From: Candidatus Levybacteria bacterium RIFCSPLOWO2_02_FULL_37_18 | GTDB lineage: Bacteria; Patescibacteriota; Microgenomatia; Levybacterales; UBA12049 | Assembly: GCA_001784115.1 (NCBI GenBank) | Contig: MFPD01000011.1 | Span: 28,869-92,868 of the forward strand | DNA: 64,000 nucleotides | Direction: 5' to 3' | Shown: positions 27,222-38,170 of the stretch, one piece after another | Numbering within the stretch: the first letter of the stretch is position 1 | Layout: each line of letters starts with the position of its first letter | Made by a program: the position numbers and the translations under genes | The notes under the pieces: model-generated | What the model was told of the DNA's origin: nothing | The model's input: the letters and a program-made list of their open reading frames with translations, nothing else | Database searches by the model: none

Positions 27222-28712
27222 TCAGTCGTGGCATAATAGCATATCTCCTATAGTAAAGTCAAGCACCGGAGCTATGATAATTCCGCATTCTTTTCCCTTC
27301 TCAACTTTAGAAGCTTGTTCTTTGCCAATTCTAACCGAAGTAATCGTGCTTTCGCCAATAACTTCTTCTCCTCTTATAAGCCGCACCTTGTCTCCCCTCG
27401 CAACTCGTCCCTCTGTAACTCGAATCCCCAAAACTTTTGTTTTTTCAAATGGAAAGCTTGCAAGCACGACAGCAGAACCAAAAATCTGTTCTTGCAATGA
27501 AAGCTGTTTTCCTTCCAAAGCATCTTTTACCTCGTCTAAAAGCTCGTAGATAACCGTGTAATTTTTCAGAAGTACTCTTTCTACTTGCGCTAGTCTTTGG
27601 ACTTCATTCCTTATTTTCGTATTAAAACTAACGAGTATTGCTCCTGTTGATTTTGCTAACAAGACATCTGCTTCTGTTACTTCTCCTGTTTTTTTCAAAA
27701 TTACTTTAATTTCTTTGGGAAGAGAGGCCGTAATTGCTTCCAATGCTCCTTCAGTCTCAGCGCATACTATAATAGAAAGTTCGCTCGCCTCGCTACTCAT
27801 AAAAAATAATGACTTTTTCCCTTCTGCTTTTTCTATTTTTTCTACTTTTCCTACTTGTTTTATCTGTGCATCTGATTTTTTATAGACCATTTCACCTACT
27901 ACAGGTGGATCTTCAAATCCTAAAATTTCCACTCCTTCTCCTTCTTCTGCTTTTTGAATCTTTTCTCTTTTATCCGTAATTAAAGCTTTGACACGGCCAT
28001 GTATTTTTCCTGAAGTAATTTCATCTTTTATCTTTAAATTCCCTTTTTTTATAATTACTGTTGCAAGCGAACCTCTTTTTATATCCCGCTTTGACTCAAT
28101 CACGATTGCCTCAAACCTTTCGACTCCACTTGGGACAAGTTTTTCCGCTCCTACTTTTAGATCAAATACTAATAAAATAAGCTCAAGCAACTCCTTAATA
28201 TTGTGACCTGTTTTTGCTGATACCTCTATTTGAGGTATGTCTCCGCCTCTTCCTTCTACGAGTACTTCTTCTTTTGCCAATTCTCCTATTACCTTTTCCG
28301 GGTTTTTATCAGGTAGGTCTGATTTTGTCAAAACAACAATAAAAGGGATTTTAGATACTCGTAAATGCTGAATTGATTCTTTTGTCTGAGGCTTAATCCC
28401 TTCACTTGAAGAAACTATTAACAATCCAATATTTGCAGCTGTTGCCCCCCGACTTCGCATCTTGCTAAACGCTTCATGTCCTGGCGTGTCAATAAAAGTA
28501 ATCTGTCTTTTTTTATCTTCATGAAAAACCTCAACGCTTGAGGCACCAATTCTTTGGGTAATTCCGCCGTGCTCCAGTACTGCTATAGATGTTTTTCGAA
28601 TTGCATCCAAAAGTGAAGTTTTTCCGTGATCTACATGACCCAAGACCGCAACTACCGGAATGCCTAAATTGCCTGAAGTTTGAACTAATTTTTGTGTATT
28701 TTTTTTTGGCAT
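27222..28712 (-). CDS. infB: Translation initiation factor IF-2 (short form)
   Basis: G-domain GHVDHGKTSLLDAIR, DTPGHEAF, NKSD-like TKSDL, plus C-terminal beta-barrel domains. Confidence 0.93.
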   Translation of the reverse strand: MPKKNTQKLVQTSGNLGIPVVAVLGHVDHGKTSLLDAIRKTSIAVLEHGGITQRIGASSVEVFHEDKKRQITFIDTPGHEAFSKMRSRGATAANIGLLIVSSSEGIKPQTKESIQHLRVSKIPFIVVLTKSDLPDKNPEKVIGELAKEEVLVEGRGGDIPQIEVSAKTGHNIKELLELILLVFDLKVGAEKLVPSGVERFEAIVIESKRDIKRGSLATVIIKKGNLKIKDEITSGKIHGRVKALITDKREKIQKAEEGEGVEILGFEDPPVVGEMVYKKSDAQIKQVGKVEKIEKAEGKKSLFFMSSEASELSIIVCAETEGALEAITASLPKEIKVILKKTGEVTEADVLLAKSTGAILVSFNTKIRNEVQRLAQVERVLLKNYTVIYELLDEVKDALEGKQLSLQEQIFGSAVVLASFPFEKTKVLGIRVTEGRVARGDKVRLIRGEEVIGESTITSVRIGKEQASKVEKGKECGIIIAPVLDFTIGDMLLCHD

Positions 28713-28815
28713 ACAATAGTAACTGTGACCGAAATTTTCAGAAGACTCGGAATGCTCGGAGATCCAGTATTTCAGGGGGTCTGATTATCAGATAGTCTGA
28801 TTTGCTGATATTCTG

Positions 28816-29976
28816 TCATACTGAGTTTTCTGAGTTTTCCGAATCATTTTTCTCTTTTTGAATTTTCTTTTTTGCTTTCTTTGCCTTTTTAGCTTTAGCT
28901 GCCGGCTGAGTACTTACATCATCCGTCTTAACCTCTTTTGCCTTCCCTTCTGTCCCTTTTGCGTCAGTCGCATTTGACGCAATCTCTTCTTGAACTTCTT
29001 CTTGCGTGTCCTCCAAAACTTCAGCGTCGGGGAATCCTTCTATCTCAATTCTATATCCAGTCAGTTTCGAAGCGAGTCTTACGTTTTGTCCTTCTTTTCC
29101 AATTGCCAATGACAATTCATCTTTTGCTACAAATACGCGGGCAATATTTTCTTTTTCGTTAATTTCAACTCTAATATTTTTTGCAGGAGACAACGAAGCT
29201 GCAATATATGCTTTACTGTCTAATTGCCATTGAATAATGTCAATTTTTTCAAGCCCGCCAAATTCCTGTATAATTGCCTGGACTCTTACTCCCTTTTGCC
29301 CTACACAGCTTCCTACCGGATCAATTCCAGGTTGATTAGTAGCAACCACAACCTTACACCTATTCCCAGGATCTCTGGCTATTGCTTTTATAACTACGCT
29401 TCCTTGAGCAACTTCCGGAACCTCCCGTTTAAAAAGCCCCTCTATTAACCCGTTACTTGCCCTGGATACAATTACCTCTTCTTCCCTGGCTCCTTCTCGA
29501 ATTTCTAAAAGGTTAACAGCCAAGCGCTGATTTAAATGATATTTCTCATTAGGAATTTGCTCGGAGGGAGGCATGACACCTTCTGCCTTGCCGATATCAA
29601 CAATGACATTTGGTCCGGCAAACCGAAGCACCATACCGTTGACAATAGTGCCAATTCTGACTTTATAGTCGGACAAAATTGCTTCTTTTTCTTTTTCTCT
29701 GATTTTTTGCAAAATGACTTGTTTTGCGGTTTGTGCTGCGATTCTGCCAAACCCGGGAGGGGTAACATCAGTATCTTTGTGGAAGATATGCGCTTCACCG
29801 GTATTTGCATCTAATGTTGCTGTATATTCTTCGATTTCTACTGTCGGGTGGTCTTTTCTATACGCAGCTACAATGGCATTTTTAACTGTTTCCAAAACAA
29901 CAGAGGGGTCAACCCCCCGCTCGTTTGCTACTTGATTTAATGCGAGCATAAACTCGCTTCTTTGCACAGCCGGCAT
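28816..29976 (-). CDS. nusA: Transcription termination/antitermination factor NusA with K/E-rich tail
   Basis: NusA N-domain, S1 and tandem KH domains (GSCVGQKGVRVQAI, LAIGKEGQNVRLASKLTG). nusA-infB adjacency. Confidence 0.92.
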   Translation of the reverse strand: MPAVQRSEFMLALNQVANERGVDPSVVLETVKNAIVAAYRKDHPTVEIEEYTATLDANTGEAHIFHKDTDVTPPGFGRIAAQTAKQVILQKIREKEKEAILSDYKVRIGTIVNGMVLRFAGPNVIVDIGKAEGVMPPSEQIPNEKYHLNQRLAVNLLEIREGAREEEVIVSRASNGLIEGLFKREVPEVAQGSVVIKAIARDPGNRCKVVVATNQPGIDPVGSCVGQKGVRVQAIIQEFGGLEKIDIIQWQLDSKAYIAASLSPAKNIRVEINEKENIARVFVAKDELSLAIGKEGQNVRLASKLTGYRIEIEGFPDAEVLEDTQEEVQEEIASNATDAKGTEGKAKEVKTDDVSTQPAAKAKKAKKAKKKIQKEKNDSENSENSV

Positions 29977-30123
29977 ATTCCTTAATCATTCGTGTTCATT
30001 TATGAACATTCGTGTATTCAAGTATACCAGATTCCGAGATTTGCTTCAACATGACGCTTTACCTGTAACAATTGTAACAAACCTTAAAACTCAAACGGCT
30101 GTTTTGGAAGCAAAAAGAAAACA

Positions 30124-32532
30124 TTAAGTATTAATTATCACGTGCGGGTTATTATCTTGATCTACGTTTAAAGTAACTCTGTTTCCCCTTTTTATTTCTT
30201 CTGTGAGCATTTTCTGCGCCAGTAGACCTTCTATTTTATCCTGAACAAACCGTCTTAAAGGCCTGGCACCAAACTCATCATTTGTTCCTTCTGTAACTAT
30301 TTTTTGCAGAACAGAATCATCAAAGGAAAGAGTTATATCTTTCTCCTGCATTTTTTTAATTAATGAGCTTAAAAGCAATTTTGTTATTTGACCCACTTCA
30401 TCTTTTCCAAGGGGTTTAAATGTAACTACTGCGTCAAATCTGTTTAAAAGTTCAGGCCTAAAAATATTTTTACTTTGCAATTCATCTAAAAGCCGTTTAT
30501 GGAACACCTCATCAATTTTTGTGCCTTTTTTAATTTCCTCCCGAATAAATTCAGCTCCCGCATTTGAAGTTGCTATGACAATTGCATTGACAAATGAAAC
30601 AGTCCGACCTTTGTTATCAGTTAATCTTCCGTCTTCAAGAACCTGAAGAAACAAATCTAAAATCCTGGTATTTGCTTTCTCGAATTCGTCTAATAGAACA
30701 AGTGAGAAAGGATTTTCATGGATTTTATCAGTTAATTCTCCCCGCTCACTGCCTTCTCCAGGGCCTGCTCCTAAAAGTCTTTTCAATCCTGTCTCATCGC
30801 TATACTCACTCATGTCAAGTCGTATCATATGATCTTCTCCATGAAAATATACATGTGCCAATGCCTTGGCAGTTTCGGTTTTTCCAACTCCGGTTGGCCC
30901 TAAGAATAAAAATGAAATTGGCTTTGTTGTACTTGCTAATCCTGTCCGAATTCTTCTCATTGCTTCAGAAATTGCCGTTACTGCTTCTGCCTGATCAATT
31001 ATACGCTCATGGAGTTTATCTTCTAGATGTAATAAAACGTATTTTTCTTCTCCAACAGGCTTTGCTACAGATATTTTTGTTTTTGCTTCTATTGTTTTTA
31101 CAATATCTAAATCCGTAACAGTTCCTCTATATTTTTTGCCATATGTGTCTTTTGTATACAAAGATACCTTATGAGCACTATCTTCCAATAAATACACCGC
31201 GCTTCCCGGCAGCACTGCATCAGTCATAAATCTATGAGAATACTCAACGCTTGCTTTAATTGCTTTATAGGTAACAGTCACATGCTCCTTTGCTTCTATT
31301 TCACCTGCTTTTTTAAATACCATTCCCACTGCTTGACTCTGATCTGCCCCGTCAAGTTTTACTACATCAAATACCTCCATAATCGGATGGTCTTCAAGTA
31401 ATTTTTTATATACTCCATTTGTTGCTGTTGCAACAACCGCAAGACTCCCATCTTTTAAATACGGCATGAGTATTGAAGACATATCTATATCTGTTGCACC
31501 TTCGCCTAACAGATTCGACAGGTCAGGAATAAATAACACAACATTTCCACCGTGAGAAACCTCATTAATGATTTCTTGGAGTCTCGTTTCTAAGTCACTT
31601 TTCTGCGAAACTCCGGATACAAACAAACCCGTAAGCAATTCCAAAACTCGCTTGTGACTTAGTTGTTCTTGCAGCTCTCCCATATAACTTTTGTATGCAA
31701 AACTTTCAACTAATGTATCTTTTCCGCTTCCTCTTTCCCCCACAATCAGGACGTTATTACTTTGCTGTTTTGATAATCCTTCCAAAAGCTCTTTGAATTC
31801 TTCTTCTCTGCCAAAAATATAAGGCTCATGCAACAAACTTTTATACGTAATATTTTTAGTAAATTGCATGGTATTTGGAGTCCAGCCGGTAACTAACCCC
31901 TCTCCAATTCCATCACCTTTATACTGAATTCCGGGTTTTTTTGGATACTCTATAAATGGAAACTCACCTCTTGATAATTTTAAAATTTGGGCAATATCTT
32001 CCTGCTTTAATTCTTTTGCAAATAATAATTTTGTGTGCGGTTCTAAAATAAAAAGATAAGATACTAAAACATCAACCGGAGTAACAAAATCTCCTTTTAC
32101 ATATCTTGTAATTTCTATGGAGTATGCCGTAAGTACATCAAGCGGAATATTAATGAGTGGAATTTCTTTAGGCGTAATGCCTGTTTTGGCAAGTAAAAAT
32201 TTGATCTCCCACTTCTTAAGCAAAGATTTTATAACGTCTGAGGAAGTATGGTGAGTTATAAAAGCTGTTGCGGTCTCTTTTGCGAATGAATCAAATATAT
32301 CTGATTTTGTTTTGTTTTTAACTGAGGTGTTTGGCGTTACCCGGCCTATTTTGTATTCCATAAACAATTCCCACGCAATAAATAAACCAAATAACCCCAA
32401 AGGAATTTTAGGCAAAGTATGCGAAAATATTTGCAAAACAATAAGTGCTGTTAAAAACGAAATAAAAAGAATTCGTATTACGACAATCGCAGGATTTGAA
32501 TAAAAATTATTCAACTGTAAATAAGCTTTCAT
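30124..32532 (-). CDS. ClpA/ClpB-family double-AAA+ ATPase with N-terminal transmembrane anchor and degenerate first nucleotide-binding domain
   Basis: Two predicted N-terminal TM helices, Clp N-domain repeats. NBD1 Walker A reads GERGSGKDT and Walker B LFIPDLSNL (non-canonical). NBD2 is canonical (LFLGPTGVGKTETAKALA; LLDEFEKA; sensor/arginine-finger region). No long M-domain. Confidence 0.75.
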   Translation of the reverse strand: MKAYLQLNNFYSNPAIVVIRILFISFLTALIVLQIFSHTLPKIPLGLFGLFIAWELFMEYKIGRVTPNTSVKNKTKSDIFDSFAKETATAFITHHTSSDVIKSLLKKWEIKFLLAKTGITPKEIPLINIPLDVLTAYSIEITRYVKGDFVTPVDVLVSYLFILEPHTKLLFAKELKQEDIAQILKLSRGEFPFIEYPKKPGIQYKGDGIGEGLVTGWTPNTMQFTKNITYKSLLHEPYIFGREEEFKELLEGLSKQQSNNVLIVGERGSGKDTLVESFAYKSYMGELQEQLSHKRVLELLTGLFVSGVSQKSDLETRLQEIINEVSHGGNVVLFIPDLSNLLGEGATDIDMSSILMPYLKDGSLAVVATATNGVYKKLLEDHPIMEVFDVVKLDGADQSQAVGMVFKKAGEIEAKEHVTVTYKAIKASVEYSHRFMTDAVLPGSAVYLLEDSAHKVSLYTKDTYGKKYRGTVTDLDIVKTIEAKTKISVAKPVGEEKYVLLHLEDKLHERIIDQAEAVTAISEAMRRIRTGLASTTKPISFLFLGPTGVGKTETAKALAHVYFHGEDHMIRLDMSEYSDETGLKRLLGAGPGEGSERGELTDKIHENPFSLVLLDEFEKANTRILDLFLQVLEDGRLTDNKGRTVSFVNAIVIATSNAGAEFIREEIKKGTKIDEVFHKRLLDELQSKNIFRPELLNRFDAVVTFKPLGKDEVGQITKLLLSSLIKKMQEKDITLSFDDSVLQKIVTEGTNDEFGARPLRRFVQDKIEGLLAQKMLTEEIKRGNRVTLNVDQDNNPHVIINT

Positions 32533-32861
32533 ATAAATAACATCCCAATACTTGCAATTGGAATGAGTAAAAACACCAATAAAATAAGCAGTTCAAACGT
32601 TAATACAATAAATAAAAACAGTAAATCAACCACAATCAAAACTGACTTTACTGCCATCCCCATGACAATAGAAAATCCAACTAAGCCTTCCCTGTATTCA
32701 TTTTTTATGGGTTTGAAAAACGTTTTGACTAAAAGCGGAAGAGAAAATAATTGAAGCAAAGAACTGTTAAGCGAAGCAAAATATGTGTATAACCTGTTTG
32801 GAGCTTCAAAAAACCAAAATTTTATACATAGCAACGGCAATTGCATCAATAGAGCAGTCAT
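32529..32861 (-). CDS. Hypothetical small membrane protein
   Basis: 110-aa ORF with 3 hydrophobic segments. Start overlaps the upstream Clp-like gene by 4 nt. Confidence 0.35.
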   Translation of the reverse strand: MTALLMQLPLLCIKFWFFEAPNRLYTYFASLNSSLLQLFSLPLLVKTFFKPIKNEYREGLVGFSIVMGMAVKSVLIVVDLLFLFIVLTFELLILLVFLLIPIASIGMLFI

Positions 32862-32954
32862 ACGTTAATGATTGTCATTCTAAACTAGTTTCAGAATCTA
32901 TTTTTAGTATAGGTTTTTTGTTAACAAATTACAACGAACTTGAACATGAAGAAT

Positions 32955-33347
32955 TTATTTTGCTTCTTTTGTATGTTTTAACGCTTTGGGGAAATGAATT
33001 AAAAACAATACCAATCCGACAATACTAAACGTAAGTGAAGATTTTAAATCATCGAGTTTTTGCTGTTTTCGCTCCTTTTCAAGCTGTATTTGACATTTCT
33101 TTTTTTGTCCGTCTAATTCCTTTTGTGTTGGAGTTGAAATTGGCAAACCATTAGCAGCAGGAACTGGTTTTGAATATGCGTACGGATACGTTTCGCAGTC
33201 TTTCCCTCTAAACCGAAGCGGATATGTGTCGTATTGAGTTGTATTAATAACAAAATTTACAGTCGCAAAAATTCCAACGACAATTAAAGCCAAAGCTGCT
33301 GCTGAGATTGCGTAAAAATAAATACTGGCTATGTGTCTGGTATTCAT
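32955..33347 (-). CDS. Hypothetical membrane protein (two TM helices flanking a soluble segment)
   Basis: 130-aa ORF in operon position upstream of dnaJ. TM at both ends. Confidence 0.4.
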   Translation of the reverse strand: MNTRHIASIYFYAISAAALALIVVGIFATVNFVINTTQYDTYPLRFRGKDCETYPYAYSKPVPAANGLPISTPTQKELDGQKKKCQIQLEKERKQQKLDDLKSSLTFSIVGLVLFLIHFPKALKHTKEAK

Positions 33348-33350
33348 GTT

Positions 33351-34226
33351 TTAAAACCAACCTTTGTTTCTTTTTGATTCCATTTCAAATTCTTCAAGCA
33401 GTTTTTTTTGCTCTGACGAGAGATGTTTTGGAACTGTTACTTTTATCCTAACATAATGATCACCGTGTCCGGAACTTCTTAAATGAGTAACACCTTTTCC
33501 CCGTAATCGAATAATCGTATCAGGCTGTGTACCTGCTGGAGTCTTAATTTTTACCACTCCTTGCACGGTTTCAATTTCTGCTTCTGTTCCAAGCACTGCT
33601 TGAGGAAAAGAAATTTCCTTTTCCGAGATAATATCGTATCCTTCTCTTTTAAATCGCTTGTTGGGCATTGCTTCAACTATCACATCATAGTCGCCAAAAC
33701 GGATTCGTGAACCATCATCTACACCTGCTGGAATTTTTATGGTTTGTGTTTTCCCATTAATGGTTACTCGTTTTTCCACACCTTTGACTGCTTCCATGAA
33801 ATCTATGGTAATTGAATACACAGGCCGTCTCTGCCGGGCACCAAATGGCGATGCACCACCAAAAAATTGTTCAAATATTTCAAATGGATCGGAAAAACCT
33901 CCAAAATCAAATCCGCCGCCGCCCCCACTGGAGGTGTATGTATAGGTAAACGGACCATAGCGGCCGGATTGGGTCCCCTCAAACGGCCCTTGCCCGCCGC
34001 CTTGCTCGAAAGCAGCATGTCCAAATTGATCGTATGTTTGCTTTTTCTGAGGATCTGACAATACTTCGTATGCTCTGCTTATTTCTTTAAATTTCTCAGC
34101 AGCGTCTTTTCCTTTATTTCTATCCGGATGATACTCTAAAGCAAGCTTACGATATGCTTTTTTTATTTCGTCAGCGCTCGCTGTCCTTGAAACTCCTAAA
34201 ACTTGATAACAATCTTTCTCTGCCAT
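33351..34226 (-). CDS. dnaJ: DnaJ-class co-chaperone (J domain + G/F region + C-terminal domains; no CxxCxGxG zinc finger)
   Basis: [33 protein letters not shown] (J domain, HPD), G/F-rich region, no Cys repeats. Confidence 0.88.
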   Translation of the reverse strand: MAEKDCYQVLGVSRTASADEIKKAYRKLALEYHPDRNKGKDAAEKFKEISRAYEVLSDPQKKQTYDQFGHAAFEQGGGQGPFEGTQSGRYGPFTYTYTSSGGGGGFDFGGFSDPFEIFEQFFGGASPFGARQRRPVYSITIDFMEAVKGVEKRVTINGKTQTIKIPAGVDDGSRIRFGDYDVIVEAMPNKRFKREGYDIISEKEISFPQAVLGTEAEIETVQGVVKIKTPAGTQPDTIIRLRGKGVTHLRSSGHGDHYVRIKVTVPKHLSSEQKKLLEEFEMESKRNKGWF

Positions 34227-34304
34227 ACTTTTATTTTACCAATTATTGAACAAAAAAGCGCGGTTTCCGCGCTCAATTCTGAATTCTGAATTCTGAATTC
34301 TGAA

Positions 34305-36227
34305 CTAGTCCACCACTTCTCCCTCTATCGGCTCATCCTTATCCGACTTTTTCTGTTCTTCTGTTTTTTCCGAACTCTGATCTTCTGTCTTTTGTTCTTT
34401 ATCCTCCGATTTCTGACCTCCGGCCTCTGAACTCTGTTGTTTGTAAAGTGCTTCTCCTACTTTTTGTAAAGAATCGGAAAGATCTTTTGTTTTAGCTTCT
34501 AAATCTTCTTTTGTGCCGCTATCCAAAACTGCTTTGAGTAATGACATTTTTTCTTCAACTTCTTTTTTTGTGTCAACACTTACTTTATCTCCTGCGTCTT
34601 TTAAGGATTTTTCTGCAGTAAATAGTAAAGAATCTGCTTGGTTTCTGGCTTCAACGTGTGCTTTCTTTTCTTCATCTTCTTTTGCATGCATTTCTGCTTC
34701 CTTAGTCATTTTCTCAACTTCTTCTTTTGTCAGTCCGGTTGAGCCGGTAATTTTAATACTTTGTTCTTTTCCTGTTGCCTTATCTTTTGCTTTTACCGAT
34801 AAAATTCCGCTGGCGTCAATATCAAAGGTAACCTCTACTTGAGGCATTCCACGAGGAGCAGGCGGAATTCCATCCAAAATAAACCTTCCAAGTGACTTAT
34901 TATCGATAGCCATGGGTCTTTCTCCTTGCAGTACATTAATTTCAACCTGTGTCTGATTATCAGCTGCTGTTGAAAATACCTGAGATTTAGAAGAAGGAAT
35001 AGTTGTATTTCTTGGAATTAAAGGTGTGGAAACTCCTCCAAGTGTTTCGATACCAAGTGTTAAAGGAGTAACATCTAAAAGCAATACGTCTTTCACTTCT
35101 CCTCCTAATACCCCACCCTGAACAGCAGATCCGACTGCAACTACTTCGTCCGGATTAACTGATTTATTAGGTTCCTTACCAAAGAATTTCGAGACAACCT
35201 CAACAATCTTTGGCATTCGAGTCATTCCTCCAACCATAACCACCTCATCCACATCACTTGCTTTCATTCCCGCGTCTTTAAGAGCCAGTTCAACAGGTTT
35301 TAAGGTACTTTGAACAAGGTTATCCACCAACTGTTCAAGTTTGGCTCGGGTCAGAGTCATGGTAAGATGAAGCGGTCCTTCTTTACCTTGAGTTATAAAG
35401 GGCTGATTAATTTCTGCTTGGGTAGAGCTGGATAGTTCTATTTTTGCTTTTTCTGCTGATTCCCTTAATCTCTGCAAAGCTTGTGGGTCTTTTTTTAAAT
35501 CAATACCGTGTTCTTTTTTAAATTCCTCTGCAATGTATTCAATAATTTTCTGGTCAAAATTATCTCCTCCCAAATGGGTATCTCCGTTGGTTGATTTAAC
35601 TTCGTATACTCCCTCACCAAGTTCAAGAATAGAAATATCAAAGGTTCCTCCTCCTAAGTCATACACGGCAATCGTATGTGCATTTTTTTTGTCAAGTCCG
35701 TAAGCTAAAGCTGCCGCAGTAGGTTCATTAATAATTCGAAGCACTTCAAGGCCTGCTATTTCTCCTGCTTGTTTAGTTGCTTGGCGCTGAGAATCGTCAA
35801 AATATGCAGGTACGGTAATAACAGCTTGCGTAACTTTTTCTCCCAAATAATTTTCCGCGTCTGTTTTGATTTTTTGTAAAATTTGAGCGGAAATTTCTTG
35901 AGGAGTAAATGTTTTTCCTTCTGCTTCAACAACAGCCATCCCGTCTCGGCCGGCTTTAACTGTATACGGAAGCCACTTTAAGTCGTACCGAACAGACTCG
36001 TCGTTGAATTTACGACCCATAAGTCTCTTGACTGAAAAAATTGTTCGTTTGGGCTTTAAAACAAGTTGCCGCTTTGCCACGTCTCCCACGACATGAGAAA
36101 CCGGATCAACAACCGATGGAATAACATTTCTTCCTTCTGCGCTATGAATTACTTTGGGACTTCCTCCCTCCATAACCGCAACGCATGAATTTGTTGTACC
36201 TAAATCTATGCCAATTATCTTTGCCAT
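34305..36227 (-). CDS. dnaK: Chaperone DnaK (Hsp70)
   Basis: [35 protein letters not shown] and the complete Hsp70 architecture. Confidence 0.97.
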   Translation of the reverse strand: MAKIIGIDLGTTNSCVAVMEGGSPKVIHSAEGRNVIPSVVDPVSHVVGDVAKRQLVLKPKRTIFSVKRLMGRKFNDESVRYDLKWLPYTVKAGRDGMAVVEAEGKTFTPQEISAQILQKIKTDAENYLGEKVTQAVITVPAYFDDSQRQATKQAGEIAGLEVLRIINEPTAAALAYGLDKKNAHTIAVYDLGGGTFDISILELGEGVYEVKSTNGDTHLGGDNFDQKIIEYIAEEFKKEHGIDLKKDPQALQRLRESAEKAKIELSSSTQAEINQPFITQGKEGPLHLTMTLTRAKLEQLVDNLVQSTLKPVELALKDAGMKASDVDEVVMVGGMTRMPKIVEVVSKFFGKEPNKSVNPDEVVAVGSAVQGGVLGGEVKDVLLLDVTPLTLGIETLGGVSTPLIPRNTTIPSSKSQVFSTAADNQTQVEINVLQGERPMAIDNKSLGRFILDGIPPAPRGMPQVEVTFDIDASGILSVKAKDKATGKEQSIKITGSTGLTKEEVEKMTKEAEMHAKEDEEKKAHVEARNQADSLLFTAEKSLKDAGDKVSVDTKKEVEEKMSLLKAVLDSGTKEDLEAKTKDLSDSLQKVGEALYKQQSSEAGGQKSEDKEQKTEDQSSEKTEEQKKSDKDEPIEGEVVD

Positions 36228-36330
36228 ATGTTTCTTTCAGTCAAATCCAAAATTCAAAGTTCAAAATTGCAATTCAAAATTTTAAATTACTAACTTTCAA
36301 CTATAACTTTTAATTTTTAATTTTGAACTT

Positions 36331-36834
36331 TTAACTTTTTCCTACCTTTACCTGTGCAGGCCTTAAAACCTTATCTCCCATTTTATACCCTGCTTGTATT
36401 TCTGACAATACCTTTCCTTCTTCTCCTTTTTCAGTTACTACACATTCCATAAGCGTTGGGTCAAAATCTTTTCCGACTGTTTCAATTCTTTCAACGCTCT
36501 CATTTCTTAAAACATCTCCAAATTGCTTAATACTCAGTTGCAACCCTTGATTGTCTACATGCTGACTTGCCATGACTAATATATCTAAAACCGGAAGTAG
36601 CCGCAATATCAACTGTCTATTCGTACTCAGTATCCATCCTCTTTTTTCTTCTCGTACTCTTTTTTCTAAATTCTGATAGTCTGCTAAAGCCCGCTTGGCA
36701 ATACTTTCTAACTCTTCAACCCGTTTTTTACATTCAATAAGTTCCGAATTTTCTGGTTCTGAACTTTCTACTTTTTCTACATCCTCTACTTCATCTACTT
36801 TTTTTATATCGTTTTTATCTTTCTTCTTACTCAT
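36331..36834 (-). CDS. grpE: Nucleotide exchange factor GrpE
   Basis: Coiled-coil N-part plus C-terminal beta-domain, between hrcA and dnaK. Confidence 0.85.
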   Translation of the reverse strand: MSKKKDKNDIKKVDEVEDVEKVESSEPENSELIECKKRVEELESIAKRALADYQNLEKRVREEKRGWILSTNRQLILRLLPVLDILVMASQHVDNQGLQLSIKQFGDVLRNESVERIETVGKDFDPTLMECVVTEKGEEGKVLSEIQAGYKMGDKVLRPAQVKVGKS

Positions 36835-36873
36835 TTTAATTCTGAATTGTAAACTCTAAATTCTAAATTGGAA

Positions 36874-37605
36874 TTACCATCCTTTTGCTATCTCTTCGAT
36901 TAAACCTCCGAAATATCTCACGGTCGGTACTACATACATATAATTTAATCTCACAGGGCCTAATACACCAATATCTCCAGAAATATTTTCAGGTGTGGTG
37001 TATCTGGTAAATACAAACCCATATTGAGGTGGAAGTTTTGGCCCTAATTCTTCTCCCATCAGTATATGAATACCTTCGTTATCTTCTTCAGCTTTTTGAC
37101 ATAAGTCTTTAAAATAATCAAATTCATCAATTGCCGAAAGCAAACTTCTGGTAATATCAATGTCAAAAAATTCAGGCATGTCTAAAATATTTGCGTATCC
37201 AGAAGCATACACTGTCCCGTCGCTTGCGGTTGCCACGGCAAGCGTTTTTGTTTTTTCTGCTAAAGTCCTGGTGAGTTCTCGCATGAATTCATGAATTTTA
37301 TTTCGCAGGTCCCATAATCTCTCCTTAACCGCTACTTCTTCAACTACAGAAAGTTCCTTCTCCTTCATGAGCTGTCTGACATAAAATTTCATACCCATTG
37401 GTGTCGGAATTCTACCTGCTGAAGTATGCGGTTTTCTTAAGTACCCCAAATCTGTGAGCCTAACCATTTCGTTTCGAATAGTCGCGGGAGATACGCTTAA
37501 ATTGTGTTTTTTTTCAAGAGTTTCGGAGCCGACTGACTCGGCTGTATCAATATATTCTTCAATGAGGCTTTTAAGAATTTCTATTTGTCGTTGGGTAAGC
37601 TGCAT
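36874..37605 (-). CDS. hrcA: Heat-inducible transcription repressor HrcA (short form)
   Basis: MQLTQRQIEILKSLIEEYIDTAESVGSETL matches the HrcA N-terminal wHTH (LTERQ..IL..IV..Y...G.PVGS). Heads the hrcA-grpE-dnaK-dnaJ operon, with a CIRCE-like inverted repeat upstream. Confidence 0.8.
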   Translation of the reverse strand: MQLTQRQIEILKSLIEEYIDTAESVGSETLEKKHNLSVSPATIRNEMVRLTDLGYLRKPHTSAGRIPTPMGMKFYVRQLMKEKELSVVEEVAVKERLWDLRNKIHEFMRELTRTLAEKTKTLAVATASDGTVYASGYANILDMPEFFDIDITRSLLSAIDEFDYFKDLCQKAEEDNEGIHILMGEELGPKLPPQYGFVFTRYTTPENISGDIGVLGPVRLNYMYVVPTVRYFGGLIEEIAKGW

Positions 37606-37731
37606 ATGCGCTAAAATTCTAATGTTCAAATGTCTAAAACTGTTTTGAATTTTGTATTTTTATTCATTTGAATTTGTTTCGGATTTAGATATTAGAATTT
37701 CGGATTTCTTAATTTGCAACGCAAATTAAGA

Positions 37732-37758
37732 TTAGCAGTACTATACCACGACTGCTAA
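37732..37758. promoter_or_regulatory. CIRCE-like operator (TTAGCAGTA-N9-GACTGCTAA) upstream of hrcA
   Basis: 9-9-9 inverted repeat matching the CIRCE consensus TTAGCACTC-N9-GAGTGCTAA at 7/9 + 8/9 positions, ~100-125 bp upstream of the hrcA start. Adjacent 8-bp-arm palindrome taatttgcAACgcaaatta (37710-37728). Confidence 0.6.
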
Positions 37759-37796
37759 TCGATGTCAAGACCCAGTTTTTTTGTTACACTTACATC

Positions 37797-38132
37797 ATGC
37801 GACAGAGAAAAAAGCTTTTCCCATTTCTAGTTCTTAGCATTCTTTCATTCCTAGGCATTCTCTATGTATTCTTTTTTCTCCCTCCAGATTTTATATTTTT
37901 TACTGTAAACCATGAGCTATCAACTGTTTGGTTATTTTTCCTACTTCTTTTTATTTTTTTTTTATCTCTTACTTTTTATCTTCTTGTGAGCCTGAAACGG
38001 GCCACATTTGTTGGATTATTCGTAGTTGTGTTTCTCTGGCTTCGGCTCATCCATCTTACCCACTTCCTTTATCCAATTCTTTTACTTCTTCTTTTTATTC
38101 TCCTTGACCTGTCTTTCCAAAAAAGGAAATAA
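37797..38132 (+). CDS. Hypothetical low-complexity hydrophobic small protein
   Basis: 111-aa ORF, highly L/F-rich. Could be a spurious ORF in the hrcA/metG intergenic region. Confidence 0.25.
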   Translation: MRQRKKLFPFLVLSILSFLGILYVFFFLPPDFIFFTVNHELSTVWLFFLLLFIFFLSLTFYLLVSLKRATFVGLFVVVFLWLRLIHLTHFLYPILLLLLFILLDLSFQKRK

Positions 38133-38170
38133 TCATTGTTAGCAAGGCTATTTTTTGATAAAATGAAAAA

